Shown here piece after piece: positions 29,542 to 41,747 of a stretch of DNA of 64,000 nt. Position numbers and translations under genes: made by a program. Location of the stretch: assembly GCA_903843285.1 (NCBI GenBank), contig CAIMPC010000073.1:20578-84577 (forward strand). The letters run 5' to 3'. The first letter of the stretch is position 1. Each line of letters opens with the position of its first letter. The notes below the pieces were generated by a model, which saw only the letters and a list, made by a program, of their open reading frames with translations, made no database searches and was not told the origin of the DNA. This DNA is from Candidatus Omnitrophota bacterium (GTDB lineage Bacteria; Omnitrophota; Gorgyraeia; 2-01-FULL-45-10).

Positions 29542-31578
29542 ATGAAGATATCGTACAGTTGGTTAAAGGAATACGTAAACATCTCATTAGCCCCCGATAA
29601 GCTGGCCCATCTTCTTACTATGGCGGGATTAAGCGTCGAGTCGGTGAAGCGCTTCGGGGATGATTATGTCTTTGAGATAGAGATCACAGCGAACAGGCCC
29701 GACTGGCTTTCAGTGATAGGCGTTGCCCGCGAAATAGCCGCGCTTACAGGCGAAAAACTTAAGGCGCCGAAGGTGGCAAATATTAAGGCGGGTTCCTCGG
29801 TCGCCGGATTAAAGGTACGTATCGAAGAAAGATCTCTATGTCCGAGATATACGGCCAGGGTCATCAGAAATGTGAAGGTTGGCGAATCTCCGGCTTGGTT
29901 ACGCGCGCGCATAGAAGCTATGGGCCTGAGAAGTGTTAATAACATCGTCGATATAACGAACTTCTGCCTCTTTGAGACGGGTGAGCCAATGCATGCGTTT
30001 GATTTTGACAAAATATCGCTCGGCGAAATATTTATTAGGAAGGCGCTCGAAGGCGAGAAGGTCGTGTCTATCGAAGGGACCGAAAAGACTCTCGATAAGT
30101 CCATGCTCGTTATTGCTGATGGTAAGAAGACGATCGCAATAGCGGGCGTGATGGGAGCAGCGAATACGGAAGTTACCGGGGCGACTAAGAACATATTGCT
30201 CGAGGCGGCATATTTTGATCCCGTATCTGTAAGAAGAACATCGAGAAAGCTTGCGATCTCGACGGAGTCCAGTTACCGGTTTGAGCGCCGGGTAGATCCG
30301 GACAATATAGTCTGTTCCTCTAACAGGGCTCTTGAGATTATAATTAAGATAGTAGGAGGGGAACCCGGGCCCCTGATCGATATGGGCAATAAAGAGACGA
30401 AAAAGAATGCCATTAATTTGAGAATCGAGAAGGTTAATAAATTGCTCGGAACCGAGATCTCTGCCTCTATTATGAAAAAGATTGTCCTTGCGCTTGGAAT
30501 TAAAATAAAGGGGTCATCCGGTAAAAAGATGGCCCTCGAGGCCCCGAGCTTCAGATGTGACATTAAAAATGAAATCGACGTTATCGAAGAGATCGCCAGG
30601 GTATACGGTTACGATAAGATACCGATTACGCTCCCCAAGATAGTGGAACAGCCTACGAGATTCGATCGAACCATGGTTGTGCGTAAAAAGATCAGGGAAT
30701 GCTTAACGGCTCTTGGCTCAGACGAGATAATAACATATAGTCTTTTGAGCAGAAAGATGGTGGAAGCATCCGAGGCATCCGGCGATTCGATCGTCGGTAT
30801 AGCCAACCCGCTCACGAACGAGCAGGAGATGATGAGACCGAACCTTCTATCCGGAATGATGAACGCTATCCTTTGGAATATAAACAGAAAGACGAAAGAC
30901 CTGAAGCTCTTCGAGATAGGTAATGTCTATTTTAAAAAAGATGAGAAATACGGCGAACGGATGCATCTGGCCATCGGAATTACCGGAGAAAACGCTGTGG
31001 GCTGGGTGAGGGGATCGTCCGGAGCGAATTTCTTTGGGTTAAAAGGTATGATAGAGACGCTGTTCATGGAGCTTGGCATAGAGGCGCCGGAGTTTAAGTG
31101 CGCAAGGAAGAACGGTTTCCTGTCTGGCGAATGCGCTGAGATATCGATTGCCACAGAGAGCGTTGGAATGATGGGGCGCATATCCGGTAAAGTACTCCAC
31201 AACTTTGATATTAAGGAAAATGTTTACATGGTCGAGATCAATCTCGATACCCTATTAAAATACGTAAAGCTGGAAAAGCGCTTTGTCGAACTGTCGAGAT
31301 ATCCATCGGTATTTAGAGACATATCGATACTGGCTGAAAAAGGCCTGCCGAATGCCGAGCTCGTATCCGCGGCCAAGATTGCCGGCGGATCGATCTTAAG
31401 AGATATCAGGCTTATAGATAGATATGAAGGCAAGCAGATACCCGAGGGTAGACAGAGCCTTACCTATAGGCTCGAATACTGTGATCCATCGAAGACTCTC
31501 GAGGAAAAGGATGTGCTCGATATTCATGGTAGAGTTTTGGGCGAGCTTGAGGCCAAATTTGGCGCAAAGCTCAGGTAG
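29542..31578 (+). CDS. pheT: Phenylalanine--tRNA ligase beta subunit (short, lacks B2 OB-fold)
   Basis: MKISYSWL, ITANRPD, NNIVDITN, SSYRFER, DVIEEIARVYG, FDX-ACB C-terminus. Confidence 0.96.
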   Translation: MKISYSWLKEYVNISLAPDKLAHLLTMAGLSVESVKRFGDDYVFEIEITANRPDWLSVIGVAREIAALTGEKLKAPKVANIKAGSSVAGLKVRIEERSLCPRYTARVIRNVKVGESPAWLRARIEAMGLRSVNNIVDITNFCLFETGEPMHAFDFDKISLGEIFIRKALEGEKVVSIEGTEKTLDKSMLVIADGKKTIAIAGVMGAANTEVTGATKNILLEAAYFDPVSVRRTSRKLAISTESSYRFERRVDPDNIVCSSNRALEIIIKIVGGEPGPLIDMGNKETKKNAINLRIEKVNKLLGTEISASIMKKIVLALGIKIKGSSGKKMALEAPSFRCDIKNEIDVIEEIARVYGYDKIPITLPKIVEQPTRFDRTMVVRKKIRECLTALGSDEIITYSLLSRKMVEASEASGDSIVGIANPLTNEQEMMRPNLLSGMMNAILWNINRKTKDLKLFEIGNVYFKKDEKYGERMHLAIGITGENAVGWVRGSSGANFFGLKGMIETLFMELGIEAPEFKCARKNGFLSGECAEISIATESVGMMGRISGKVLHNFDIKENVYMVEINLDTLLKYVKLEKRFVELSRYPSVFRDISILAEKGLPNAELVSAAKIAGGSILRDIRLIDRYEGKQIPEGRQSLTYRLEYCDPSKTLEEKDVLDIHGRVLGELEAKFGAKLR

Positions 31579-31652
31579 TTGGCGAAGGACTGAGGAGCTT
31601 TGCAGAGCTTGCTTTTGGTAAATTTTATGATACACTTTAGATAGAAGAAAAA

Positions 31653-31812
31653 TATCCCTGCGGTGCGCGCGATTTTGATCGAATAATCTTGAACCTTTAG
31701 CACTAAAATAGGGAGCCTAACTAAGTGTACGCCACGGCGTATGCGCGAGGGCACCCACCTGTTATAAACAGGATCAAGATAATTCAAATCTCAACGCCAC
31801 TCGCGGGGATTT
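31653..31812 (+). ncRNA. ssrS: 6S RNA (boundaries approximate)
   Basis: Closing stem ATCCCTGCG/CGCGGGGAT; CTTGAACC...GGGAGCC...GGCACCCACCTG...CAGGATCAAG motifs typical of 6S; downstream of pheT with a promoter-like TTGCTT...TACACT. Confidence 0.8.
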
Positions 31813-31906
31813 TTATTGGCTCGCGATATTTTTAGCTATAGCGTACGGGCGGCTACCCAATCAGCCACTACCATACAGATGAAGCAATTAAATGTAGCGG
31901 GGGATT

Positions 31907-33208
31907 ATGGATTTGTTTGGGGAAGAGAAGAAGGATAAGGGCTATGAGCCGCTGGCGGCAAGATTAAGGCCGAGGACGCTCGATGACTTCGTCGGGCAGG
32001 AAGCGATATTAGGTAAGGATAAGCTGTTACGCCGCTTGATAGAGACGGATAAGATCTCATCCTTGATATTCTATGGTCCGCCCGGATGCGGCAAGACGAC
32101 CCTTGCTCTAATAGTAAGCGAGAAGACCAAATCCCACTTTGAGCGGATTAACGCGGCGTCGAATAATGTGGCCGATATGAGGCGCATAATAGACGGGGCT
32201 AAGAAGCGTGAGATGGTCGGGCAAGGGCGTACGATCCTCTTAGTAGATGAGATACATCGCTTCAATAAGGCTCAGCAGGATGTGCTGATGCCCGACGTTG
32301 AAGCCGGAAACCCCGTTCTGATAGGAACGACTACGCACAATCCATTTTTCTACGTTAATAACGCGCTTCTTTCGCGCTCCCAAGTATTTGAGTTTAAAAA
32401 ATTATCCGATAATGACGTCATCAATATAATTAAGCGCTCGCTCAAAGATAAAGAGGTTGGGCTGGGGAAGATCCCGATAGAGATCGACGAAGATGCCCTT
32501 AAACATCTCGCCAAGACGTCCGAAGGTGATGCCAGGCGGGCCCTTGGCGCGATCGAGGTTGGGGCTTTATCTACCGGCGCCGGTAAAGATAGCAAGGTCC
32601 ATTTTACTCTTAAGATAGCGGAAGAGTCTATACAGAAGAAGGCCGTCGTATACGATAAGGATGAGGATGAACATTATGATACGATATCAGCATTCATAAA
32701 GTCGATGCGCGGATCAGATCCAGATGCGGCGCTCTATTGGATGGCTAAGATGATCTATGCGGGTGAAGATCCGCGCTTTATCGCGCGACGTATCGTGATA
32801 TGCGCCTCTGAGGACGTCGGTAATGCCGATCCACAGGCGCTTATCATAGCTAACGCGGCCCTGCAGGCGTCCGAGTTTGTCGGAATGCCGGAGGCGCGAA
32901 TACCGTTGGCACAGGCGGCGGTTTATGTGGCATGTGCGCCAAAGTCAAACGCCGCATACCTCGGCATCGAGGCCGCTCTCAAAGACGTTGAATCGGGTAA
33001 GGTGCTCGATGTGCCGGACCACCTGAAGGACGCGACCCTCGACAAGGATGCTCTCGGTCATGGCAAAGGCTACCAGTATGCTCATGATTTTAAGGATCAT
33101 TATGTAAAGCAGGAATATAAGCCATCCAGCATTCAATACTATATACCTACGACGATGGGCTACGAAGCGAAGATCAAGGAGTGGCTGGAGAAGCTGAGGA
33201 GTCAATGA
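31907..33208 (+). CDS. rarA: Replication-associated recombination protein A (MgsA/RarA)
   Basis: PLAARLRP, YGPPGCGKTT, DEIHRFNKAQQD, ISAFIKSMRGSDPDAA. Confidence 0.96.
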   Translation: MDLFGEEKKDKGYEPLAARLRPRTLDDFVGQEAILGKDKLLRRLIETDKISSLIFYGPPGCGKTTLALIVSEKTKSHFERINAASNNVADMRRIIDGAKKREMVGQGRTILLVDEIHRFNKAQQDVLMPDVEAGNPVLIGTTTHNPFFYVNNALLSRSQVFEFKKLSDNDVINIIKRSLKDKEVGLGKIPIEIDEDALKHLAKTSEGDARRALGAIEVGALSTGAGKDSKVHFTLKIAEESIQKKAVVYDKDEDEHYDTISAFIKSMRGSDPDAALYWMAKMIYAGEDPRFIARRIVICASEDVGNADPQALIIANAALQASEFVGMPEARIPLAQAAVYVACAPKSNAAYLGIEAALKDVESGKVLDVPDHLKDATLDKDALGHGKGYQYAHDFKDHYVKQEYKPSSIQYYIPTTMGYEAKIKEWLEKLRSQ

Positions 33209-34197
33209 ATAGAAAGGCAATAGTATTATTTTCGGGTGGGTTGGATAGTATACTCGCTGCGCGGCTCATGATGGAGCTGGGCGTTGAAATTCACTGCGTA
33301 ACTTACTTTATCGAGTTTGCTATGTGCGGAGGAGGACCGTCTGCGGCTGTCAAAGCTGCGAATATGCTGGGCGTGTCGTTAAAGGTAGTCGATATAACGG
33401 CCGAGTACCTCGAAATGTTTAAGAAGCCGAAGCATGGCTACGGCGCTAATATCAATCCGTGCATCGATTGTAAGATATTCATGCTAAAGAAGGCTAAGGA
33501 ATACATGCACGAAGTCGGTGCGTCATTTCTCGTGACGGGTGAAGTGCTGGGGGAGCGGCCTATGTCACAACGCAAGGACGCGCTCAATATAATCGAAAAA
33601 TGTGCGGGAGTGCGCGGCATATTGCTGAGGCCGTTGTGCGCAAAGCTGCTCACGCCTACTATTCCTGAAGCAGAAGGCGTTATTGATCGGGAGAAGCTTC
33701 TCGATATCAGAGGACGCAGCAGAAAGCCGCAATTTGCGCTTGCGGAAAAGTTTGGCATAAAAGAATATCCGAATCCTTCGGGAGGATGCCTTTTAACTGA
33801 CCCGGGATTCACCAAGCGCGTGCGTGATCTTATGGCCCACGAAGGACTGAGCGTTCGCGGCTTGGCACTGCTGAAAATGGGGCGTCACTTCCGGCTGGGC
33901 GAAACAACTAAGCTTATCATAGGAAGGGACAGTGAAGAGAATGATGGTTTGACACGGCTTCTAAAGAAAGGCGACATCTGTTTCAGGCTGAGGGACCATG
34001 AGGGGCCTCTTGCGGTCTTGATTGGGCCATGCGATGATGAGCTGATAAAACTCGCGGCCGCAATGGCGGCTCATCATACAAAGCATCGAGGTACGGATGC
34101 GCTGAATATGCTTTGCTGGAGCTATGGGCAGAGCGCCATGAGCGTTCTCGTCGTAAAGGCGTCGTCCGCCGATGAGATCGCCAAAGTAAGGATTTGA
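33205..34197 (+). CDS. ThiI-like PP-loop sulfurtransferase with C-terminal DUF814/NFACT-R-like domain
   Basis: FSGGLDS PP-loop, NPCIDCK, TGEVLGERPMSQ, PSGGCLLTDP, GRHFRL. Confidence 0.75.
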   Translation: MNRKAIVLFSGGLDSILAARLMMELGVEIHCVTYFIEFAMCGGGPSAAVKAANMLGVSLKVVDITAEYLEMFKKPKHGYGANINPCIDCKIFMLKKAKEYMHEVGASFLVTGEVLGERPMSQRKDALNIIEKCAGVRGILLRPLCAKLLTPTIPEAEGVIDREKLLDIRGRSRKPQFALAEKFGIKEYPNPSGGCLLTDPGFTKRVRDLMAHEGLSVRGLALLKMGRHFRLGETTKLIIGRDSEENDGLTRLLKKGDICFRLRDHEGPLAVLIGPCDDELIKLAAAMAAHHTKHRGTDALNMLCWSYGQSAMSVLVVKASSADEIAKVRI

Positions 34198-34220
34198 CAG
34201 ATCCTCTCGGGAGTGTTTTA

Positions 34221-34895
34221 ATGAATAAAATGAAGAAAAAGATACGTGGTATAAAATCGGGCAGTCTTTATCTCGTCGTAAGCGAAGAATATGGGAACGG
34301 TAGGAGCGCGATAGAGATCGTCGAAGCCGCTATAGCCGGAGGTGTTGACATATTACAGCTTCGGGAAAAAAAGAAGTCCGGTCAGGAGCTGATAGAGTTA
34401 GGAACAAAAATTGCAAAACTCTGCAGAGACAGCGGTGTGATATTTATAGTTAACGACGATCCCATGCTTGCCAAGAGGGTTGATGCCGACGGAGTTCATT
34501 TGGGGCAGGAGGATATGGGCCGGTTCTCGGTAGAGATGGCCCGCGACGCTATCGGGCCGGACAGGATCATAGGCGTCTCAACACATTCTCTTGAGGAATT
34601 CAAAAAATCCTCGGCTGACGATGTTGATTATCTGGCTTTTGGACCGATATTCCAAACGAAGACAAAAACTTACTGCATAGGGACGAAAGAGATAAAGGAG
34701 ATAGTGGAATTTTCGGCCAGGCCGGTTTTTTTTATAGGCGGCATAGATCTGTCGAACATCGATAACGTGCTTGACGAAGGCGCCTGTAATATAGCGCTGA
34801 TACGGGGCATTACCGAAGCGGCTAATATATCGGTGAGGACCAAAGAATTTAAAGAAAAACTTAATAAGCATAACAAGGCCAAGAGGCGGGCGTGA
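34221..34895 (+). CDS. thiE: Thiamine-phosphate synthase
   Basis: QLREK, FIVNDD, DGVHLGQED, IGVSTHS, GPIFQTKTK, IGGI. Confidence 0.95.
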   Translation: MNKMKKKIRGIKSGSLYLVVSEEYGNGRSAIEIVEAAIAGGVDILQLREKKKSGQELIELGTKIAKLCRDSGVIFIVNDDPMLAKRVDADGVHLGQEDMGRFSVEMARDAIGPDRIIGVSTHSLEEFKKSSADDVDYLAFGPIFQTKTKTYCIGTKEIKEIVEFSARPVFFIGGIDLSNIDNVLDEGACNIALIRGITEAANISVRTKEFKEKLNKHNKAKRRA

Positions 34896-35092
34896 ATATA
34901 AATATAAATGGAAAACAGGTAGAGGTCGAAGGCGTTAAAAACATTTTCGACGTTGTTAATAAGCGGGCTCTTGCGCCTGAAAAAATAGTGGTAGAGCATA
35001 ATCATTGTATCATCTCCAGAGAAGATTGGCATAAGGTTGCTTTGAGAGAGAACGATAATCTGGAGATAGTGAGTTTCGTAGGGGGAGGATAG
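34892..35092 (+). CDS. thiS: Sulfur carrier ThiS
   Basis: 66-aa ubiquitin-like protein ending EIVSFVGGG. Confidence 0.95.
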   Translation: MNININGKQVEVEGVKNIFDVVNKRALAPEKIVVEHNHCIISREDWHKVALRENDNLEIVSFVGGG

Positions 35093-35094
35093 TA

Positions 35095-35883
35095 GTGTCG
35101 GACCATTTAAATATAGGCGGTAAGGCGATAATCAACAGGCTCTTTATCGGAACGGGGAAGTATGCCGATTACGCGGTCATGGAACGCGCGCTGAAGGAGG
35201 CAAGGATTGAAGTGGCTACGGTCGCGTTAAGACGCGTTGACATCTCTGCCTCGGGCGAGAATATTTTAGATTATATCCCAAAGGATATAATCATTATGCC
35301 GAATACCTCAGGGGCAAGGACGGCGGATGAGGCAATACGTATGGCGCGCCTCGCCAGGGCGGGAGGATTGACGAATTGGATAAAGATAGAGGTTATACAG
35401 GATAATAAATATCTACTACCCGACAATCTCGAAACGGTCAAGGCTACGGAGGTCCTGGCGAAAGAGGGGTTCGTCGTATTGCCATACATGAGTCCGGATT
35501 TATCTATGGCCAGGCGGCTGGTAGATGCAGGAGCCAGCGCTATCATGCCGCTGGGATCGCCGATAGGCTCGAACCGTGGCGTGAAGACGAGAGAGCTCGT
35601 CGAAATATTGGTGCGTGAAATAAGAGTACCGGTTATTGTCGATGCCGGGCTCGGGTCACCATCGGACGCATGTGAATGCATGGAGATGGGATGCGCCGCG
35701 GTGCTTGTAAATACGGCTATCGCGGTAGCAGAAGATCCCGTAGGAATGGCCAAGGCCTTTGCGAGCGCTGTATGGGCTGGTCGACTGGCATACGTTTCAG
35801 GGTTGCCGGCAAGTTCCGCAAAAGCGAATGCCTCCTCACCGCTTACCGGATTCCTCCGGGACGACGTGAATAAATCCGCATGA
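35095..35883 (+). CDS. thiG: Thiazole synthase
   Basis: [40 protein letters not shown]. Confidence 0.96.
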   Translation: MSDHLNIGGKAIINRLFIGTGKYADYAVMERALKEARIEVATVALRRVDISASGENILDYIPKDIIIMPNTSGARTADEAIRMARLARAGGLTNWIKIEVIQDNKYLLPDNLETVKATEVLAKEGFVVLPYMSPDLSMARRLVDAGASAIMPLGSPIGSNRGVKTRELVEILVREIRVPVIVDAGLGSPSDACECMEMGCAAVLVNTAIAVAEDPVGMAKAFASAVWAGRLAYVSGLPASSAKANASSPLTGFLRDDVNKSA

Positions 35884-36995
35884 GTTATTATGATACATAT
35901 CTGCGTTACAGAGAGTGCGACTGGAACAGCCTTTTTGCCGAACCATCCGAGCGCCTTGTAAATAATGCCTTAGATGACGAAGAAGTCACGGTAGAGCAAT
36001 TTTTGGCCATGCTCTCGAAAAATGCTGTACCACGCCTGGAGGAGATGGCCCGCCGGGCCCACGAACTGACCTTAAGATATTTCGGCCGCACCATACAACT
36101 CTACACCCCGCTCTATCTTTCTAACTATTGCGACAATAGATGCGTCTATTGCGGATTTAATGCAGATAATGCTATCAGTAGGAAGCTGTTGTCAGCTGAA
36201 GATCTGGAGCGCGAAGCATCCCTCATATCAGCCACGGGGCTAAAGCACATACTGGTCCTTACGGGTGAGTCGAGGCAGATGAGCCCGGTGAGTTATATTA
36301 AAGAGTGCATTGAAATATTGCGCAAATACTTCACGTCCATATCGATAGAGATATATGCGCTTACCGAAAATGAATATGCGGAACTCGTTGGTGCCGGAGT
36401 GGACGGCCTTACGATATATCAGGAAGTTTACGACGAGAATATATACGCCGAAATGCATCCGATCGGACCGAAGAGTGACTATAGGTTCAGGCTCGACGCC
36501 CCAGAACGTGGCGCGCGCGCAGGCATTAGAGTTGTTAATGTAGGTGTTTTGTTCGGCCTCGACGATTGGCGCAAAGAAACATTCCTTATGGGGCTGCACG
36601 CAAAATATCTTCAAGATAAGTTTCCCGATGTCGAGGTAGGCGCATCGATACCGAGGCTACAGCCCCACGCGGGCAGTTTTATTTCCACGCACGTTGTGAC
36701 GGATGCCGATATAGTGCAGGCGATACTGGCACTGCGCATATTTCTTCCGAGATTATCGTTAACCATTTCGACCAGAGAGAGCGCGCGATTTCGGGAAAAT
36801 ATCTTGCCGCTGGGGATTACACGCATGTCCGCCGGATCGAGTACATGCGTGGGAGGGCACACTGCCGAAGCTATTGGGCCTGGCGAGAGGGTTCCGCAGT
36901 TTGAGATATCGGATATGCGCGATGTAGCCGGCATTAAAGAGATGCTGAAGAATAGAGGGTATCAGCCTGTGATGAAGGATTGGGTAAGCGTATGA
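35880..36995 (+). CDS. thiH: 2-iminoacetate synthase (radical SAM tyrosine lyase)
   Basis: [34 protein letters not shown]. Confidence 0.93.
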   Translation: MSYYDTYLRYRECDWNSLFAEPSERLVNNALDDEEVTVEQFLAMLSKNAVPRLEEMARRAHELTLRYFGRTIQLYTPLYLSNYCDNRCVYCGFNADNAISRKLLSAEDLEREASLISATGLKHILVLTGESRQMSPVSYIKECIEILRKYFTSISIEIYALTENEYAELVGAGVDGLTIYQEVYDENIYAEMHPIGPKSDYRFRLDAPERGARAGIRVVNVGVLFGLDDWRKETFLMGLHAKYLQDKFPDVEVGASIPRLQPHAGSFISTHVVTDADIVQAILALRIFLPRLSLTISTRESARFRENILPLGITRMSAGSSTCVGGHTAEAIGPGERVPQFEISDMRDVAGIKEMLKNRGYQPVMKDWVSV

Positions 36996-37600
36996 GCGCG
37001 GGCGCCTTTCGGGCAAATCTTATAAATAAACTGGGAAGTGAAAACTTTGGCAAAATACAGGATACGACGGTTGGCATAGCCGGGGCGGGCGGATTGGGCT
37101 CGAATTGCGCCTTGAACCTGGTTAGGGCGGGCGTAAAAAAGTTCATAATTATAGATTTCGATCGTGTTGAGCCGTCGAACCTGGACAGGCAGTTCTATTT
37201 TTTAGATCAGGTGGGAATGGTGAAGGTCGAAGCGCTGAAAAATAATCTGCTCAGAATTAATCCGGATCTAGAGTTGACACTCATAAGTAAGAAGGTGGCC
37301 AAGGATAATGTTGAAGAGCTATTTCATGGATGCGACATTGTAGCTGAGTGTCTGGACATGGCAGAGTCGAAACGAATGCTTGTAGAAGAGCTGATGAAGA
37401 TGGGCAAATTCATTGTATCAGCTTCCGGGTTAGGCGGCATAGGCTCAAGCGATGAAATAAAGACGCACGTTATTAAAAAGAATCTTATTATGATCGGAGA
37501 CCTGAAATCCGATATCTGCAACAAACCAGCCCTTTCCCCGCGCGTTAACGTAGCCGCCGCAAAACAAGCCGACGCCATTCTCGAACGAATCCTTTCCTGA
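36992..37600 (+). CDS. thiF: ThiS adenylyltransferase
   Basis: GAGGLGS, DFDRVEPSNLDRQ, PRVNVAAA. Confidence 0.92.
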   Translation: MSAGAFRANLINKLGSENFGKIQDTTVGIAGAGGLGSNCALNLVRAGVKKFIIIDFDRVEPSNLDRQFYFLDQVGMVKVEALKNNLLRINPDLELTLISKKVAKDNVEELFHGCDIVAECLDMAESKRMLVEELMKMGKFIVSASGLGGIGSSDEIKTHVIKKNLIMIGDLKSDICNKPALSPRVNVAAAKQADAILERILS

Positions 37601-37607
37601 GACTCAC

Positions 37608-37765
37608 TTGTACCGTTTGCAATTTTAAACCTTCACACTGTCCCCTTTTTTAAGATTAAGGCTGTCCCTGAATATGATTATAAGTATCTATAAAATATAG
37701 GGTGGGGACACGTTTAATATTAAAAAAGGGGACATGTTAAAGGTTGGATTCCCCAAACGGTACAA
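37608..37765. repeat. Long imperfect palindrome with TGTCCCC/GGGGACA units
   Basis: TTGTACCGTTTG...TGTCCCCTTTTTTAA...TTAAAAAAGGGGACA...CAAACGGTACAA. Confidence 0.75.
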
Positions 37766-37788
37766 AGTAGTTTATTTTAGGAAAACAC

Positions 37789-37843
37789 TTGACAAAATCT
37801 TGTTTGAAGGTATAATATGACTAAGTTAATCATATTAGTCGTA
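37789..37843 (+). promoter_or_regulatory. Sigma70 promoter with an overlapping palindromic operator (putative Rrf2 box)
   Basis: TTGACA-N16-TATAAT; AATATGACTAAGTTAATCATATT palindrome at 37814-37836. Confidence 0.7.
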
Positions 37844-37865
37844 TTCAAATATCGGAGAAGGATTT

Positions 37866-38321
37866 ATGAAGATCACATATAAAGGGGATTATGCACTAAA
37901 GGCGATGCTCGAACTTGCCTTGCGCTACGAAGAAAATAGCGATAGCATAATTCCTATTAACGAAATAGTGAAGTTCGGTGATATGCCCAAGAAATTCTTA
38001 GAGCAGATACTGTTAACCCTGGTAAGGGCGGGATTTGTGAAATCAAAGCGTGGCTCAGGCGGTGGGTTCTATCTGGCACGATCTCCTAAAGACATAACGA
38101 TCGGGGAGGTCATCAGGTTAATAGAGGGCCCGATCGAGCCGATCGCATGTGTAAAAGAAGGATACCACGGCTGTGCCGATGTCAGAACCTGTATATTAAG
38201 GAATGTTTGGCAGGAGGTCGCGCAAGGTATTTCGGTGGTGGTAGACACAATTACTTTTCAAGATCTGGTCGGTCGATACAAAGCGAAGACTCGGAGCAGT
38301 AGCTACGAGTATATTATATAA
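37866..38321 (+). CDS. Rrf2 family transcriptional regulator (CymR/IscR-like)
   Basis: KGDYAL, FLEQIL..L, SKRG.GGGF.LAR, three Cys (C-x6-C-x5-C). Confidence 0.92.
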   Translation: MKITYKGDYALKAMLELALRYEENSDSIIPINEIVKFGDMPKKFLEQILLTLVRAGFVKSKRGSGGGFYLARSPKDITIGEVIRLIEGPIEPIACVKEGYHGCADVRTCILRNVWQEVAQGISVVVDTITFQDLVGRYKAKTRSSSYEYII

Positions 38322-38350
38322 GGAAGATGGAATATAAAAACGGGAGGTAG

Positions 38351-39649
<1,299 letters not shown>

Positions 39650-39668
39650 TAATATCTGAAAGGCAGAC

Positions 39669-40604
39669 ATGGCTAGAATATTTAAAGATATAACTGAAAC
39701 GGTAGGGCATACACCGCTTGTCAGGATCAATAAGTTGACATCGGGTTCAAAGGCAACGGTGCTGGCGAAGCTCGAGAGCTTTAATCCGATGTCGAGCGTG
39801 AAGGACAGAATAGGTGTTAACATGATAGCGTCCGCCGAAGAGTGCGGTATATTGAAAAAAGGCGCTGTTATCATAGAACCGACGAGCGGTAACACCGGAA
39901 TAGCGCTTGCATTCGCATCCGCTGCCAAGGGATATAAGCTAATATTGACGATGCCGGATACGATGAGCGTCGAAAGAAGACAATTATTGAAGATTCTCGG
40001 AGCTGAGATAGTCCTGACGGAGGGCGTTAAGGGCATGAAGGGAGCTGTAGATAAGGCGGAGGAGCTTGCTAAAAATACGCCGGGCAGTTTTATACCTCAG
40101 CAGTTCAATAATCCATCGAATCCCGATATACACAGGCGGACCACAGCGGAAGAGATCTGGGATGATACGGACGGCAAAGTCGACGCATTCGTTGCCGGCA
40201 TAGGAACCGGCGGGACAATAACAGGCGTGGGAGAGGTGCTTAAGAAACGAAACCCTTTCGTTAAAATAATAGGCGTTGAACCCATCGATTCACCTGTGCT
40301 TTCGGGTGGTGAGCCCGGCCCTCACAAGATCCAGGGCATAGGCGCCGGATTCGTTCCAAAAGTATTGAATATGAAGTTATTGGATGAGATAATAAAGGTG
40401 TCGAGTGAAGATTCCGGCACCGTTGCCAAAAACCTGGCTCGCCAGGAGGGAATCTTTGTCGGCATATCCAGCGGTGCTGCGATGTGGGCGGCATTAGAGG
40501 TAGCTAAAAGAAAAGAGTTTGAAGGACGTACTATAGTGGTAGTGCTTCCCGACACGGGGGAACGCTATCTCTCAACGTGGTTATTTCAGGAGTTCTTAGG
40601 ATGA
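39669..40604 (+). CDS. cysK: Cysteine synthase A
   Basis: [40 protein letters not shown]. Confidence 0.96.
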   Translation: MARIFKDITETVGHTPLVRINKLTSGSKATVLAKLESFNPMSSVKDRIGVNMIASAEECGILKKGAVIIEPTSGNTGIALAFASAAKGYKLILTMPDTMSVERRQLLKILGAEIVLTEGVKGMKGAVDKAEELAKNTPGSFIPQQFNNPSNPDIHRRTTAEEIWDDTDGKVDAFVAGIGTGGTITGVGEVLKKRNPFVKIIGVEPIDSPVLSGGEPGPHKIQGIGAGFVPKVLNMKLLDEIIKVSSEDSGTVAKNLARQEGIFVGISSGAAMWAALEVAKRKEFEGRTIVVVLPDTGERYLSTWLFQEFLG

Positions 40605-41746
40605 CAGATAAGAAACATAGCTTAGACACAGTGAATATTCAATACTACACATTTGCCGAACATCCAAACGAGCTGAAGCTCGTCTCAGGCAAAAGCCTGG
40701 GCCCCATCACGCTTGCCTACGAGACATATGGAGAATTGAATAAAGAAAAGTCCAATGCCATCCTCGTAGGACATGCCTTATCGGGCGATGCGCATGCCGC
40801 AGGATTTCATAAGGGCGACAAAAATCCCGGCTGGTGGGATGGCCTGATAGGGCCACAGAAGGCGATCGATACCGATAAATATTTTGTCATCTGTTCCAAC
40901 GTTATCGGAGGTTGTAAGGGAAGCACAGGACCTGCGTCGATAAATCCTAAGACCAGCAAGCCGTACGGTCTCGATTTTCCAATAATCACGATCGAGGATA
41001 TGGTTAGGGCCGAGAAATATCTTATAGACCATCTGGGCATAAAAAGACTGCTCTCCGTGATAGGCGGATCGATGGGTGGGATGCAGGCCCTACAATGGGT
41101 TGCGTTATATCCGGATCATGTGCAGAGCGCCATACCTATAGCGACCGCGCTAAAGCATTCTCCTCAGCAAATAGCATTTGATGAGGTTGGCAGACAAGCG
41201 GTGATGGCTGATCCGACATGGAATAAGGGGGACTACTATGACAAACCGGATAAGCCTGAGAAGGGTCTGGCGGTAGCGCGCATGATAGGCCACATTACAT
41301 ATATGAGCGATACATCGATGGAGGAGAAGTTCTCCCGGCGTCTTAAGGATAAAGACTACAACTTCGATTTCACAGCGGATTTTGAAGTCGAGGGTTATTT
41401 AAGGTACAGGGGCGATAATTTCGTCAAGAGATTCGACCCGAATTCGTATCTTTATATAACTAAGGCCATGGACTACTTCGATGTCTCAGGCGAAAAGCTT
41501 ATATCTAAGGCAAAGGCCTCGAGCGTCAGATTTTTGGTGATAGCGTTTAAGTCGGACTGGCTCTATCCACCTTACCAGGTTCAGGATATCGTCAGACAGC
41601 TCAAAATTAAAGGTTGTGACGCAACGTATTGCGAAGTGAAGTCGACCTATGGCCATGATGCGTTCCTTCTGGAGATCGAGGAGGAGACGCACCTGATTAA
41701 GCATTTTCTAAACAAGACTTTTCACGGGTATAACGTAGTGAGGTAA
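40601..41746 (+). CDS. metX: Homoserine O-acetyltransferase
   Basis: [32 protein letters not shown]. Confidence 0.94.
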   Translation: MTDKKHSLDTVNIQYYTFAEHPNELKLVSGKSLGPITLAYETYGELNKEKSNAILVGHALSGDAHAAGFHKGDKNPGWWDGLIGPQKAIDTDKYFVICSNVIGGCKGSTGPASINPKTSKPYGLDFPIITIEDMVRAEKYLIDHLGIKRLLSVIGGSMGGMQALQWVALYPDHVQSAIPIATALKHSPQQIAFDEVGRQAVMADPTWNKGDYYDKPDKPEKGLAVARMIGHITYMSDTSMEEKFSRRLKDKDYNFDFTADFEVEGYLRYRGDNFVKRFDPNSYLYITKAMDYFDVSGEKLISKAKASSVRFLVIAFKSDWLYPPYQVQDIVRQLKIKGCDATYCEVKSTYGHDAFLLEIEEETHLIKHFLNKTFHGYNVVR

Positions 41747-41747
41747 T

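Noticed and set aside
31396-31787. Short ORFs after pheT
   Set aside because: They overlap the pheT end and the 6S RNA.
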